Assembly: GCA_029261035.1 (NCBI GenBank)
Contig: JAJDCD010000004.1
Coordinates: 132,765-196,764 of the forward strand
Reading direction: 5' to 3'
Length of the DNA: 64,000 nt
Source of the DNA: Candidatus Omnitrophota bacterium
Lineage (GTDB): Bacteria > Omnitrophota > Omnitrophia > Omnitrophales > JACROU01
Below the pieces are notes generated by a model, which was not told the origin of the DNA, did no database searches, and was given only the letters and a program-made list of their open reading frames with translations. Below, one piece after another: positions 29,186-40,106 of the stretch (positions are counted from its first letter, which is position 1; each line of letters begins with the position of its first letter). A program made the translations under genes and the position numbers.

Positions 29186-32100
29186 TTAAGAAGCTTTAGA
29201 TATCGGCTGAGGATCTACTTGCGATGCCGCATTCGCTTTAGAAAGTATATGAGTCACTTTTTTCTTCGCCTCATCCATTTTAGGATAGCGAACTTTTCTA
29301 TAACCCCGAACATATTCAGGAGACTCAAAGATTGTGACATAATCCTGGTAAGAGGTTTTTCCATTTAAAGTCAGCTCATCTACTAAATCAATGTACCAGT
29401 CTCTAAATTGTTTTTCTTTTCGATGCCAAGCTGGAAGTAGTTTTCTTAAAATTCTTAGATGCTTCATAATATTCAACATCCAATCCTTGGTTTTCATATC
29501 AAACTCTATATCCCAAGAACCAATCGTGAATTGAGGACGATTAATATGTGTGTATTTCACTTTATCCCCTCGGTTCAGATCAATACCATATCGTTCCTTG
29601 TCTCTTCGATATTTCTCGACACTGGTTAGCAAATGAGCCACATAAATCTCGTCTTTAATCAACATCACTTTAGCCAAATACAAAATCACAGCTTTAGTAA
29701 CAAGATAACCTTGTTCATCTTTATCTCGAAGATAAATCGACTTAATTCTATCTAAGTATTTTTGCGCATAAGCTAGATCTTCAAACTGAATCAAATCATA
29801 AGTTCGAAGAGCAATTTGCAAGTTCGTTTCATCATCCAATTTTAGGAACTTCACAACCTCTTCAACGTTACGTTTGTACTCTTCAGCTATCTTCTTATTA
29901 CTATTTTTTTGAGACAAAATTTCAAACTTATCATCGATCATCTCTTTATATGTTGCTAAACTTTTTTCTTTCTCAAATTGAGCTGGGTTCTCAGCTACTT
30001 TTCTACCCAAGTTAAAAGCTCTTAAATTTTTCTCAAATCCCCGTTTAGTTGCTGTTGCTTTAATTGCCCATTCAATATTTTCTAAATTTATAGGAAGCTC
30101 ACCCTTTTGATATGCAATACCTAGCATCACAATATTAGAAAAAATAGTATTTCCTAAAAGCTTTTGAGCAATGTCAGAAACATTCACTCCAAAAAAACGT
30201 TCTCTCTTAGAAGAAGCACAAATCATTTCTTCTAAATCTGAAGGGTCAAAATCGTCTTCACCCAACAACATCGTAATGGTAGGTGTTTTTGCTGTATTCA
30301 CAACCGCCGCCGTGTAATCAGGGCTCCCAACGCGTAAATTAAGTTTAGGGTCAAAACTACGAACACTTTCGAGCAAATCAAGGCCTAAGACCAAGTTAGC
30401 TTTTCCGTAAGGAATAATTGGAGAAATAATATTTAGATGATCTTTCTGTGTAAATGTAACGTGCGAATAAACTCCTCCATTACGAATCGCTAGTCCTTTT
30501 TTATCCGCAAAATCAACACGATAACCTTGCTTCAAACCCGCTTGAACCAAAATTGCTGTAACCAAACCAATTCCCATGCCCCCCACACCTGCTAAATAGG
30601 CACTCCACGAATCATCAAACTTATTTAAGTTTGGCAAAGGCAAGTTAGACAAATCAACATCATCCATAGGATCTACTGGTTTTTTATTTCGAACAACAGT
30701 CAATTCTTCAAAAGAAGGGCATGCCTTAACACGAGCACATGCTCCATCTGAAACACACAAAGACAAGTCTGTTGCAATCTTTGGGCCGTAGTGTGTTTTT
30801 TCAACCGTCAAACCAGGGCAACCTGTTGTTGTAGTACACTCCAAACAATTTTCGCAAACTTCAGGAGTTACATTAACAAATGTTTTTTCAGGAAGAAAAC
30901 CTTTATCCCGAATCACCGTTTGTTCATCCCGAATCACTTGGCGATTATAAGTAATACCACACTCTTTATCCGCTATAACAATTTTAACCCCTTTTTCTAG
31001 AACGGTTTTTTCTAAAAGATCTCTATAGCTATCTCGATATTCAGGGTTAACTCGATAAACTGGGATCTCACTATTTTTCGCCATCCCCTTAACCACTTCT
31101 TCAATATTTTGTTTAAAGGTCGACTCTCCCAAAATATCATAATTCTGTCCCGGAGTTGGCTGATGCCCTGTCATCGCTGTTGTATCGTTATCTAAAATCA
31201 TAACCATAATATCTTGGCCGTGTTTCATAGCATCCGAAATTGCAATCATTCCTGAGTGAAAGAACGTCCCATCTCCCATAAACACAATTTGCTTATTATC
31301 AATAAACGGATCAATACCTGCCCCCGTCGCAATACCGAGCCCCATACCGGAGTAATTATGCATCAAAGACTTATTCGGTTTAAACATCAACATCGTGTAG
31401 CAACCCGTATCTCCATGAAAAACTAAATCCACAGAACCTTTAACACCATGATTCTTTTCCATATACTCGACATTCATAAAATTAGTTTTCATATCTAAGA
31501 AAACACTAGAAGAATCTCTATGGGGACATCCGGGACAAAAAGCAGGTGTTCTTGTTGGAATTTGAATATCAAATTGAGATGTTTTCTCAATTAAATTAAT
31601 TTCGCGCTCCCAATAAGAAATAACTTCTTTTTCCTGTTTCAATTCCATATGTTTTAAAAGAGGCACTAAAATTTCAATTAAGACAGAGGTGTTTAAACCT
31701 CGAGTCGAAGGAATTGGTGTTATCCCGCCAGGAAAGTTTTTTCCCCAAACAGAATTCCGTCTAGAAATTTTTCCTTTTTGTTCCGCCACTTTTAAAATTT
31801 CTGTGATTTGAGTTTCAATAAAACTTCTCTTCTCTTCCACAACAACGATATGGTCAACCTGATTAGAAAAATTCAAAAGAATCTCAGAATCAATGGGATA
31901 AGTTAACCCATATTTTAAAATAGGAATTTGTCCTCTAAGCCCTAATAATTCCAAAGCATGTTCCAAGTATCCATAAGCAAGTCCACTCGTAACAAAACCT
32001 ATTCTTTCAACAGAACCTTCCTTCGCTGGGTTAATAATTTTATCTAATTGTTGTTTGCGCACGTATTGATGCAACACCTCATAGCGCCCTTGCAACGTCT

Positions 32101-32776
32101 CTTCTCTTTCCGCTGTACGAGGAGAAAGAACAACTGTTTCTTCTACTGGAATTTTTTCTGTATCTAAAGTGACATGATTATGAGCATTAATTTCAGGATA
32201 TTGATTTGGGGAAACTTCGACCGTTGCACCACCATCCGCTAAGTTCGTGGTCACAAGATAAGTTATGTAAAGGTTAGAACATTGAGAAGCCTCAAAACCG
32301 ATTCGAATCCAATCCTTTAATTCTTGAAAAGTTGCAGGCTCCATTATTGGCATATGTAAATGTTGGGATAAAAATCGAGAATCTGTTGGAACTTGTGTGC
32401 TTTCAGACCATGGGTCATCACCCACAACAACCAGAGCGCCACCCTTACTGCCTGCTTTAGAAATATTCCCCAAAGCTAAACCGTCAGAGGCTACATGAAG
32501 ACCTACACTCTTCATAACACAAAGACCTCGAATATCCGACATCTGAGAACCATTTAAACGCGCAACACCCAAAGCTTCATTATTGGCGATCTGAAGCAGA
32601 ACACCTTTTTCCTTCAAAACTTCATCTGCTTGCTTTGCAATATTAAAGAAATCAGCCACAGGAGATCCTGGATACCCTGTAAGTAAACTGGCACCCCCTT
32701 CTAAAGCTCCCTTAAAGAGAAGCTCCGTCCCCGTGTATGCTTGAATTCCTGATTCTTGAATAAATCGTTTGTCCAT
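29186..32776 (-). CDS. indolepyruvate:ferredoxin oxidoreductase, fused alpha/beta form (2-oxoacid:ferredoxin oxidoreductase family)
   Basis: 1196 aa with a TPP-binding GDG motif (FMGDGTFFHSG) and Cys-rich ferredoxin-like cluster motifs (CENCLEC, CPGC), giving an IorA-IorB fusion architecture. Confidence 0.75.
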   Translation of the reverse strand: MDKRFIQESGIQAYTGTELLFKGALEGGASLLTGYPGSPVADFFNIAKQADEVLKEKGVLLQIANNEALGVARLNGSQMSDIRGLCVMKSVGLHVASDGLALGNISKAGSKGGALVVVGDDPWSESTQVPTDSRFLSQHLHMPIMEPATFQELKDWIRIGFEASQCSNLYITYLVTTNLADGGATVEVSPNQYPEINAHNHVTLDTEKIPVEETVVLSPRTAEREETLQGRYEVLHQYVRKQQLDKIINPAKEGSVERIGFVTSGLAYGYLEHALELLGLRGQIPILKYGLTYPIDSEILLNFSNQVDHIVVVEEKRSFIETQITEILKVAEQKGKISRRNSVWGKNFPGGITPIPSTRGLNTSVLIEILVPLLKHMELKQEKEVISYWEREINLIEKTSQFDIQIPTRTPAFCPGCPHRDSSSVFLDMKTNFMNVEYMEKNHGVKGSVDLVFHGDTGCYTMLMFKPNKSLMHNYSGMGLGIATGAGIDPFIDNKQIVFMGDGTFFHSGMIAISDAMKHGQDIMVMILDNDTTAMTGHQPTPGQNYDILGESTFKQNIEEVVKGMAKNSEIPVYRVNPEYRDSYRDLLEKTVLEKGVKIVIADKECGITYNRQVIRDEQTVIRDKGFLPEKTFVNVTPEVCENCLECTTTTGCPGLTVEKTHYGPKIATDLSLCVSDGACARVKACPSFEELTVVRNKKPVDPMDDVDLSNLPLPNLNKFDDSWSAYLAGVGGMGIGLVTAILVQAGLKQGYRVDFADKKGLAIRNGGVYSHVTFTQKDHLNIISPIIPYGKANLVLGLDLLESVRSFDPKLNLRVGSPDYTAAVVNTAKTPTITMLLGEDDFDPSDLEEMICASSKRERFFGVNVSDIAQKLLGNTIFSNIVMLGIAYQKGELPINLENIEWAIKATATKRGFEKNLRAFNLGRKVAENPAQFEKEKSLATYKEMIDDKFEILSQKNSNKKIAEEYKRNVEEVVKFLKLDDETNLQIALRTYDLIQFEDLAYAQKYLDRIKSIYLRDKDEQGYLVTKAVILYLAKVMLIKDEIYVAHLLTSVEKYRRDKERYGIDLNRGDKVKYTHINRPQFTIGSWDIEFDMKTKDWMLNIMKHLRILRKLLPAWHRKEKQFRDWYIDLVDELTLNGKTSYQDYVTIFESPEYVRGYRKVRYPKMDEAKKKVTHILSKANAASQVDPQPISKAS

Positions 32777-32885
32777 TTATTTCCCTTAACTATAGAATTA
32801 TTTTGATTTAGATATCCCTATCCCAATTACGTCCTATAAGAAGGTTAGAATAAGGTTCATAGAGAGCCTTTATTTCAGATCAAAA

Positions 32886-33719
32886 TCAGAAGGGTATTTT
32901 AAACTTTTCTTGCAGAGTTTGGAAGTAACTTCTTTTAGAACTTTTGATTAATTTGACAGGAGTTTCACTCTGAGTTACCTCTATAAGGTGATTTTCGCCT
33001 ATTTGAAGGCTATTTTGGCCATCTGCCACTAAAAGCGCATGCTCTTCTGGAGCCCGACAAACGATCTTCGAAACGATCTTTTCAGAGCCAGGAACAACAA
33101 TTGGCCTTAACGAGGACACATGAGGACAAATCGCTGTAATAATAATGCCGTTCATTCTAGGATGAACAATAGGCCCTCCAGCAGATAAAGAGTACGCCGT
33201 CGAACCTGTTGGCGTCGCAATAATAACTCCATCTCCAGAATAACTCGTAAAAGTTTCTGAGCCAATTTTTAACTCAACTCTCAAATAACGAGTCAAACCT
33301 TCCCTATTAATCACAATATCATTAAACGCTTGAAAGCGACGGTTCTCATTTGTCTTCTCATCTTTAACACGGCAAGACAACATCGTCCTCTCTTCAATTT
33401 TATACTCTCCAGAAAATACCGTTTTCAATTCTTCAAACAACTCTTCTTTTTTTACTTCCGTAATAAATCCTAAATTTCCCAAATTCACACCCAAAACTGG
33501 AACCGAACGATGAACCATATGATGAGTCAAATTCAAAAGAGTCCCATCACCTCCCATACAAATCAAAAGTTCTGCACTCGCAAGAATCTCATCAATTTGA
33601 GTCGTCTCATTGTCCAAGACAGAGCAACTCCGTTTCTCAAGCCACTGCCTCAACTCTTGCAGCAACTCCAAAGCCCCCTCTTTATTAGAATTAATAACAA
33701 TACCAATATTTTTCATCAT
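32886..33719 (-). CDS. nadK: NAD kinase
   Basis: GGDGT motif (CMGGDGTLL) and NadK length. Confidence 0.85.
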   Translation of the reverse strand: MMKNIGIVINSNKEGALELLQELRQWLEKRSCSVLDNETTQIDEILASAELLICMGGDGTLLNLTHHMVHRSVPVLGVNLGNLGFITEVKKEELFEELKTVFSGEYKIEERTMLSCRVKDEKTNENRRFQAFNDIVINREGLTRYLRVELKIGSETFTSYSGDGVIIATPTGSTAYSLSAGGPIVHPRMNGIIITAICPHVSSLRPIVVPGSEKIVSKIVCRAPEEHALLVADGQNSLQIGENHLIEVTQSETPVKLIKSSKRSYFQTLQEKFKIPF

Positions 33720-33725
33720 TTGTCA

Positions 33726-33759
33726 CTATAGCGCACAGCGTTTAGCGTAGAGCGTATAG
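33726..33759 (-). promoter_or_regulatory. heptad-repeat element (CTNNNCG)x4 plus CTATAG immediately upstream of nadK
   Basis: Gene-sense reading CTATACG CTCTACG CTAAACG CTGTGCG CTATAGT, ending 6 nt before the ATG. Confidence 0.5.
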
Positions 33760-33890
33760 ATTCCTTTATCTTTAAATAAATTTATATTTATTGCGCGAAG
33801 CACCTTATCTACCTTATAACAAAATTTGGCTCGATGCCAAACTTTGTTACCCCTCCCCACACAAAAAAATATGTGTACTCCCTAAGGAGG

Positions 33891-33965
33891 AGGAAGCATT
33901 CCTTACCGCCGCGAGTTGCGCAGGGCAAAGCCCGAGCATGTCTGAGCGCCGGAAAGGAATACTTC
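33891..33965 (+). repeat. nested-hairpin intergenic element, copy 2
   Basis: Same conserved CCGCGAGTT / TGTCTGAGCGCC core as the other two copies but a different, self-complementary outer stem (GGAAGCATTCCTTACCG/CGGAAAGGAATACTTCC). Lies between dxs and nadK. Confidence 0.65.
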
Positions 33966-34004
33966 CGACGACTAAAACTTCCCACAACCACCCATTTTTT
34001 CCAA

Positions 34005-35891
34005 TTAACTTAAAGCAGAAAGGTCTTTAGTTTTATCTAAAATAGTTTTGGAGATCTTTTCAGGAGTAAGACCAAACTTATCAAAAATAATCTCACGCTC
34101 CCCATGCTGAATCACCTCATCCGGCACAGCAATTCGCTGAACATCCACATTCCTCAACTCATTTCTTTCACAAAATTCCAAAACACGCGCCCCTAACCCA
34201 CCCGAGTACACATGATCTTCAATCACCACCCATTTGGTAATAGACTCTGAAAGTTTTTTCAATAAAGTTTCATCTAGTGGCTTAGCAAATCTTAAGTTTA
34301 CAACCGTCGCTTGAATCCCTTGTTCTCTTAACAACTCTCTAACCACGAGCGCTCTAGAAACAAAAGACCCTATCGCCAAAATTGCTACATCATTCCCATC
34401 TGCAACAATTTCACCCTCACCAATCTTAAAGAGGTTCTTTGCTTCCCCTTCAATTTCAGGAACATTTTCTTTAGGATAACGAATTGAAAACACACCTTGA
34501 TGTTCTAAAGATAAACGCATCATCTGATTCATTTCAAAATCAGTCCAAGGACTACAAATCACAGAGTTAGGAATCACTCCTACATAACCAATATCAAACA
34601 AACCTTGATGTGTTGGACCATCAGGACCTACTACTCCAGCTCGATCCAAACAAAAGGTTACATTAACATCTTGTATTGTTACATCGTGAATCAGTTGGTC
34701 AAAAGCTCTTTGAAGAAAAGTAGAATAAATGGCACAAATGGGCTTTATCCCCGATCGGGCTAATGCTCCTGCAAATGAAACAGCATGCTGTTCAGCAATA
34801 CCAACGTCAAAAAAACGATCTGGAAATTTATCTTGGAAGGGTCTCAACCCTGTTCCTTCTCTCATCGCTGCCGTAATTGCAACAACCTTAGGATCTTCCT
34901 CTGCTAGAAGTGTCAAATTATTCACAAAACAATTGGTATAACTCAAAGGAGCTGGAGTTACTGTTGCTTTTTTCTTTGGAGCTCCTGATTCCAAATGAAA
35001 CGGCTGAACTCCATGAGAAGTTACAGGGTCTTTCTCTGCAAATTCACACCCTTTCCCCTTCTTAGTAATCAGATGAAGCAAAATAGGTTTTTTAATATCT
35101 TTGATATTTTTAAATAATTTAACCAGCTCTTTAACATCATGGCCATCTACCGGACCAAAATAGCGAAAACCTAATTCCTCAAAAACAATCCCAGGCACTA
35201 ATAAATTCTTAAAACCTTCCTCAGCATTCTTAACCAATTTTCTTAACCGAGGAAAATTATTAAGTTGTTCTTCTAATTTTTTTCTAACGCGATTATAAAT
35301 AGGGGCAGAAATAATTCTATTGAGATAAGTGCTAATTGCTCCTACATTTGGAGAAATAGACATTTCATTATCATTGAGAATACAAAGAAAATCTGTTTTG
35401 ATGTGGCCAGCGTTGTTTAAAGCTTCATAACAAACACCACCCGTTAACGCTCCATCACCAAAGATAGAAACTATTTTTTCATCTCCACCCTTCAAATCTC
35501 GGGCAACCGCAAGACCTAAACCTTGAGACACTGCTGTGGAGGCGTGTCCAACACTAAAATGATCATGAACACTTTCAGTATGGCTCGTAAAACCACTTAA
35601 ACCTTCATATGTACGAATCGTTTTCATTCGATCCCGCCTGCCCGTAATCAGCTTATGCGCATACACCTGATGACCCACATCCCAGACGAACTTATCTTTC
35701 GGAGAATCAAAAACATAATGAAGAGCCACAATCAAATCAACCGTACCCAAAGACGCCCCTAAATGCCCCCCTGTTTCAGAGGTTATCTCTACAAGCTCTT
35801 CTCTTAAACCAGCGCACACCTCGGGCAATTGCTCTATCGATAGCTTCTTTAAGTCTTCTGGGCTTTTAATCGTTTCAGACAATCGGGACAT
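34005..35891 (-). CDS. dxs: 1-deoxy-D-xylulose-5-phosphate synthase
   Basis: 628 aa with the TPP-binding GDGAL.TGG motif (GDGALTGG) and a transketolase-like C-terminus. Confidence 0.9.
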   Translation of the reverse strand: MSRLSETIKSPEDLKKLSIEQLPEVCAGLREELVEITSETGGHLGASLGTVDLIVALHYVFDSPKDKFVWDVGHQVYAHKLITGRRDRMKTIRTYEGLSGFTSHTESVHDHFSVGHASTAVSQGLGLAVARDLKGGDEKIVSIFGDGALTGGVCYEALNNAGHIKTDFLCILNDNEMSISPNVGAISTYLNRIISAPIYNRVRKKLEEQLNNFPRLRKLVKNAEEGFKNLLVPGIVFEELGFRYFGPVDGHDVKELVKLFKNIKDIKKPILLHLITKKGKGCEFAEKDPVTSHGVQPFHLESGAPKKKATVTPAPLSYTNCFVNNLTLLAEEDPKVVAITAAMREGTGLRPFQDKFPDRFFDVGIAEQHAVSFAGALARSGIKPICAIYSTFLQRAFDQLIHDVTIQDVNVTFCLDRAGVVGPDGPTHQGLFDIGYVGVIPNSVICSPWTDFEMNQMMRLSLEHQGVFSIRYPKENVPEIEGEAKNLFKIGEGEIVADGNDVAILAIGSFVSRALVVRELLREQGIQATVVNLRFAKPLDETLLKKLSESITKWVVIEDHVYSGGLGARVLEFCERNELRNVDVQRIAVPDEVIQHGEREIIFDKFGLTPEKISKTILDKTKDLSALS

Positions 35892-35898
35892 GATCAGA

Positions 35899-36720
35899 CT
35901 ACTTCTTTCTATTTAATATAAGATCTGCTATTTCTGCTAATCTTTTAGACTTTGAATTCAAAAATTGGATGCTCTTTTTTGCTTTAACCGTCACACTAGA
36001 CGCTTCATTGAAAGCTTCATGACGGGACATTATACGTGTAAACCCGTCAGAGTCCAGTATATCATCCACAATTTGGAAGGTGAAACCGAGGTGACATCCA
36101 TAATCATCCATTGCCTTCAAATGTTGCTTTGAAGCTTTAGCTATAAGTGCTCCAGATAAACAACTTACACGAATCAGCTGCCCCGTTTTCTGTATATTCA
36201 CATAAGAAATCTCTGGCAGCTCTAAAGACTCTTTATTCTCTAATTCTTTATCTACAACTTGCCCACCTACCATACCCATCGATCCTATAGCATGTGTAAT
36301 TAAAGGAAGTAACTTATGAACAACCTTACTATCTTTAACCTCACTCAAAATTTGAAAGGCGATCGTCAATAGAGCATCCCCTGTTAAAACAGCATTCGCT
36401 TCTCCGAATCTCTTATGACATGTTGGTTTTCCACGACGGTAATCATCATTGTCCATACAAGGAAGGTCGTCATGCACTAGTGAATAACAATGAATAAGCT
36501 CTAAAGCACATGCCGCAGGAAGCACATCTTTAAGTTTTCCACCCAAAGCCTCACATACTGCGATCGCTAAAATAGGACGAAAGCGCTTCCCTCCATTAAA
36601 AACAGAATAACGCATCGCTTGATGAATTGTTTTTGGGTAAGCTGTACTTTTAGGAAGGTAATTTTTGAGGGCCTCTTCCACAATTTTTTTATTTTTATCG
36701 AAATATTGTTTTAGTGTCAT
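35899..36720 (-). CDS. ispA: polyprenyl (farnesyl/geranyl) diphosphate synthase
   Basis: First and second Asp-rich motifs (LVHDDLPCMDNDDYRRG; FQIVDDILD). Confidence 0.85.
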   Translation of the reverse strand: MTLKQYFDKNKKIVEEALKNYLPKSTAYPKTIHQAMRYSVFNGGKRFRPILAIAVCEALGGKLKDVLPAACALELIHCYSLVHDDLPCMDNDDYRRGKPTCHKRFGEANAVLTGDALLTIAFQILSEVKDSKVVHKLLPLITHAIGSMGMVGGQVVDKELENKESLELPEISYVNIQKTGQLIRVSCLSGALIAKASKQHLKAMDDYGCHLGFTFQIVDDILDSDGFTRIMSRHEAFNEASSVTVKAKKSIQFLNSKSKRLAEIADLILNRKK

Positions 36721-37028
36721 TAAAAAAGGCTTCCCTCATCTTCATCTGATTTAGAAGATTTCTTTTTACGTGTTTTTTTTAAAGCTCCTGTAGATTCATC
36801 TTGTTCTAAATCAAAATCTTCAGTTTCAATCTTACCATTCAATGCTTTGGTTAAAATTTCAACTTTTTTTTCAGCTTGGGTCAATTTCTCAGTACAAATT
36901 CGAGATAATTTCACCCCTTCTTCATATTGTTTTATCGCATCTTCCAAAGAAACATCCCCAGACTCTAACTGAGAAACAATACTCTCCAACTGATCAATTG
37001 CCTTTTCAAACTTTACTTCTCCGCTCAT
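36720..37028 (-). CDS. xseB: exodeoxyribonuclease VII small subunit with K-rich C-terminal tail
   Basis: 102 aa with an XseB helical core (FEKAIDQLESIVSQLESGDVSLEDAIKQYEEG). Its stop overlaps the ispA start by 1 nt. Confidence 0.8.
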   Translation of the reverse strand: MSGEVKFEKAIDQLESIVSQLESGDVSLEDAIKQYEEGVKLSRICTEKLTQAEKKVEILTKALNGKIETEDFDLEQDESTGALKKTRKKKSSKSDEDEGSLF

Positions 37029-37175
37029 AAAACACCTCCTCCTTTTACGCTTAATAATTTATTTCGGATTCAAACCGCATTTCCGCACATGCGGAAATAC
37101 CTTCAACCAAAATAAATTAGGTGCTCGATGCACCTAATTTATTATCCCTCCACACCCCCTAAAGAAGTAAAGAAC

Positions 37176-37256
37176 CATGGAGTTACCCTCGCCGCGAGTT
37201 CACAAAAATCGCATTTCAATTTTTGTGCTGTCTGAGCGCCGAGGGTAACTCCATGG
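37176..37256 (+). repeat. nested-hairpin intergenic element, copy 3
   Basis: Outer stem CCATGGAGTTACCCTCG/CGAGGGTAACTCCATGG around the conserved core. Abuts the xseA stop. Two more unrelated hairpins fill 37078-37153. Confidence 0.7.
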
Positions 37257-37257
37257 T

Positions 37258-38553
37258 TCACAACAACCTCTTAACCTTCTCAACCCTCTTAACTTCCGAC
37301 TCCACAACCCCCTTACCCAACTGCGTCCTAATCATCTCCCCAACCTTCAACTGCCCAGCTTCCCTAACCGGCTTCATCTTCTCATCCACCGTAACACTAT
37401 ACCCTCTAGACAAAATCCCCAAAGGACTCAAAGCATCCAATTGGGCCAGTAATTTAGAAAATCCCGCTTTCTTTTGCAACAAAACATTACTCAACAAAGG
37501 AGTCATCTGAATTCGAGACAACTGAATTCTCTTATCCGATACCACACCCAAAAGATAATTCGACATCTGCCTCAAAAGCTCATCCAATCTCTGCCTTGCT
37601 TGTTCTACTAATCGCTCTGGTTGCGTCAGCGCATAACTCTCTTTCGCATTCGTGATTCTCTCTTTTAAATCTTCTAAAAGATTCTTAACAGCCAAAAGCA
37701 TTCTTTCTTTATTTTCTCTCAACTGCCCCAACAACTCATCTCGACTCGGAACCGCTATCTCAGCCGCTTGAGAAGGAGTCGCCGCTCTCTTATCCGCAAC
37801 AAAGTCACTGATCGTCACATCCACTTCATGGCCCACTGCAGAAATAATTGGAATTTCAGAATTAAAAATAGCACGCGCTACAACTTCTTCATTAAAAGCC
37901 CATAAATCTTCTAAACTTCCTCCTCCACGTCCCACAATCAAAACATCACATAACTTATGCTTATTCATCGACTCAATCGCTTCTACAATTTCTTCTCGAG
38001 CACCGTCCCCTTGCACTTTAACGGGGTATAATAAAATCGGTATCCCAGGGAACCTCCTCTGAGACACATTAATAATATCTCGAATAACAGCCCCTGTTGG
38101 AGACGTAATCACCCCAATTCTTTCCGGCAAAAATGGGATCTCTTTTTTATATTCTTCTTCAAACAAACCTTCATTCTTCAACTTTTCAATCAGCTGTCTC
38201 AAAGCCAGCTCTAAGGCCCCAACACCTTTCGGCTCTACTCTCTCAACAACAATCTGATAATTCCCACGCTTTTCATAAACAGTCACTTTCCCAAACACCA
38301 CAACCTGCAACCCATCTTTCATTTCAAAAGGAATTTTTGCGTTTACGTTTCTAAAAATAACTGCGGAAATTTGAGCTCCTTCATCTTTTAAACTCAAATA
38401 CATATGTCCAGAAGAATGGTGTACTAGATTAGATATTTCTCCCTCAATCCAAACAGAACCATACTGAGTTTCGAGAGAACGTCGAATTTGTCGGGTAATA
38501 TCTGAAATGGAATGGATTGTTTTTTGTTGCTCATCTTTTTCTAAATCAAGCAT
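37258..38553 (-). CDS. xseA: exodeoxyribonuclease VII large subunit
   Basis: 431 aa with an N-terminal OB fold and XseA catalytic region (VGRGGGSLEDLWAFN). Confidence 0.85.
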   Translation of the reverse strand: MLDLEKDEQQKTIHSISDITRQIRRSLETQYGSVWIEGEISNLVHHSSGHMYLSLKDEGAQISAVIFRNVNAKIPFEMKDGLQVVVFGKVTVYEKRGNYQIVVERVEPKGVGALELALRQLIEKLKNEGLFEEEYKKEIPFLPERIGVITSPTGAVIRDIINVSQRRFPGIPILLYPVKVQGDGAREEIVEAIESMNKHKLCDVLIVGRGGGSLEDLWAFNEEVVARAIFNSEIPIISAVGHEVDVTISDFVADKRAATPSQAAEIAVPSRDELLGQLRENKERMLLAVKNLLEDLKERITNAKESYALTQPERLVEQARQRLDELLRQMSNYLLGVVSDKRIQLSRIQMTPLLSNVLLQKKAGFSKLLAQLDALSPLGILSRGYSVTVDEKMKPVREAGQLKVGEMIRTQLGKGVVESEVKRVEKVKRLL

Positions 38554-38580
38554 AGATTCCTACCCAAAGTTTAAAGGTTG

Positions 38581-39375
38581 TTATTTCTGTAAAAATTCCT
38601 GCACACGTTCTATATGAGTTGCTTTACCTGTATTCACATCAACATCAACAATTGCTCCACAAAGCCGTACATCTTCAGTAGCAACATCAAATTTAGAAGG
38701 AAGTTGATTTATAAATTTATAAAGAACAGGTTCGATTTCGCGGCCAATAACAGATTGATGAGGGCCTGTCATGCCCGCATCCGTGATATAGCCTGTTCCT
38801 TTAGGCAACACTCGTTCATCCGCTGTTTGAACATGCGTATGGGTTCCAAACACACAAGAAACTTGTCCGTCCAAAAACCAACCCATCGCCACTTTTTCTG
38901 AAGTTGCTTCTGCGTGCATATCGACAACAATTACTTTCGCATGACCTTTTATTTCTTTTAAAATCCGTTTTACTTTTCTAAAAGGACAATCCAAAGGCTC
39001 CATAAAAACTCGTCCCATCAAATTAATCACAGCAATAGGAACTCCACCCGGAGTTTCTGTAATCACATAACCACGCCCCGGAGTTCCATCAGGATAATTG
39101 GCAGGTCGAATAATACGTTCATCTTCCTCGACCAAATCAACAGCTTCTTTTTTTCGGAAGGTATGATCCCCTAAAGTAACTAAGTCTGTTTCTCCTATAA
39201 AAATATCTTTAATCGTGGAAGGGGTTAAACTGGATCCTCCCGCAATATTCTCTGCATTCGAAATCACATAATCGACATTTTTATTCTTCTTAATTTCAGG
39301 AATCAGCTTCATACAAGCTTCTCGTCCTGGTTTTCCAACAATATCTCCAACAACTAAAATTCTCAAATTCGACAT
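38581..39375 (-). CDS. YmdB-like metallophosphoesterase (TIGR00282 family)
   Basis: MSNLRILVVGDIVGKPGR N-terminus and GTHTHVQTAD motif. The real start is probably the MSNL Met rather than the track start at 39453. Confidence 0.75.
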   Translation of the reverse strand: MSNLRILVVGDIVGKPGREACMKLIPEIKKNKNVDYVISNAENIAGGSSLTPSTIKDIFIGETDLVTLGDHTFRKKEAVDLVEEDERIIRPANYPDGTPGRGYVITETPGGVPIAVINLMGRVFMEPLDCPFRKVKRILKEIKGHAKVIVVDMHAEATSEKVAMGWFLDGQVSCVFGTHTHVQTADERVLPKGTGYITDAGMTGPHQSVIGREIEPVLYKFINQLPSKFDVATEDVRLCGAIVDVDVNTGKATHIERVQEFLQK

Positions 39376-39476
39376 AAGACTCCTCTTGTCCTGCTTATAG
39401 TTTATAGCTCTTGGCTTTTGGTTGAATTTATTATCAAAAAATGCTTTTACCAAAAGCTAAGAGCCAAAAACCATCC

Positions 39477-40052
39477 TTAGTTATGTATCACCAAATCCAT
39501 CTGTAAATCATGCTCTTCAACGGGAAGTTCGCCGACTAATTGAAAATCATATGCCAAACCCACCTTCATTACATGATGATTAAGCTGACTTAAAAACCGA
39601 TCATAATATCCTTTTCCCCGACCCAAACGATGATTCTTCCGATCGAAGGCAACTCCTGGAACAAAAACTAAATCCAACTTCTCTATTGGAAACACAGAAT
39701 CCCACTCTTTCGGTTCCAAAATACCATATTTACCTGGCTTCAAATGATCTAAGTCATGCAACTGAACTGGCAAAAGAGTCTCTTCACCAAGCTGAACAAC
39801 CGGCAAAATCACTGTTTTGTTTTCTGACAAAGCGTGCTTAATTATTTCTCTCGTATCAACTTCTTCTTCCATTGATAAATAAAACATCACGACAGAAGCT
39901 TTTCTATAAGCTGTTAAGTCATGCACCAAACCATCAATGATCTTACAGTTCTTAAACCGGTTTTCCTCAGACTGATGGCGTAATTTTTTTTTCAACGAAT
40001 CTCTAAGCTTTTTCTTATTCTCTTGTATTTTTTGCTTCATAGAACCCATCAT
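39477..40052 (-). CDS. 5-formyltetrahydrofolate cyclo-ligase
   Basis: C-terminal GRGKGYYDRFL motif. The track start at 40142 overlaps a REP-like palindrome, so an internal Met at about 40040-40052 is the likelier start. Confidence 0.75.
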   Translation of the reverse strand: MMGSMKQKIQENKKKLRDSLKKKLRHQSEENRFKNCKIIDGLVHDLTAYRKASVVMFYLSMEEEVDTREIIKHALSENKTVILPVVQLGEETLLPVQLHDLDHLKPGKYGILEPKEWDSVFPIEKLDLVFVPGVAFDRKNHRLGRGKGYYDRFLSQLNHHVMKVGLAYDFQLVGELPVEEHDLQMDLVIHN

Positions 40053-40106
40053 TTTAGCTAAGAATCCACATTCGTCCAAGCTTTTTAGTAACAAAGACTT
40101 TCTATA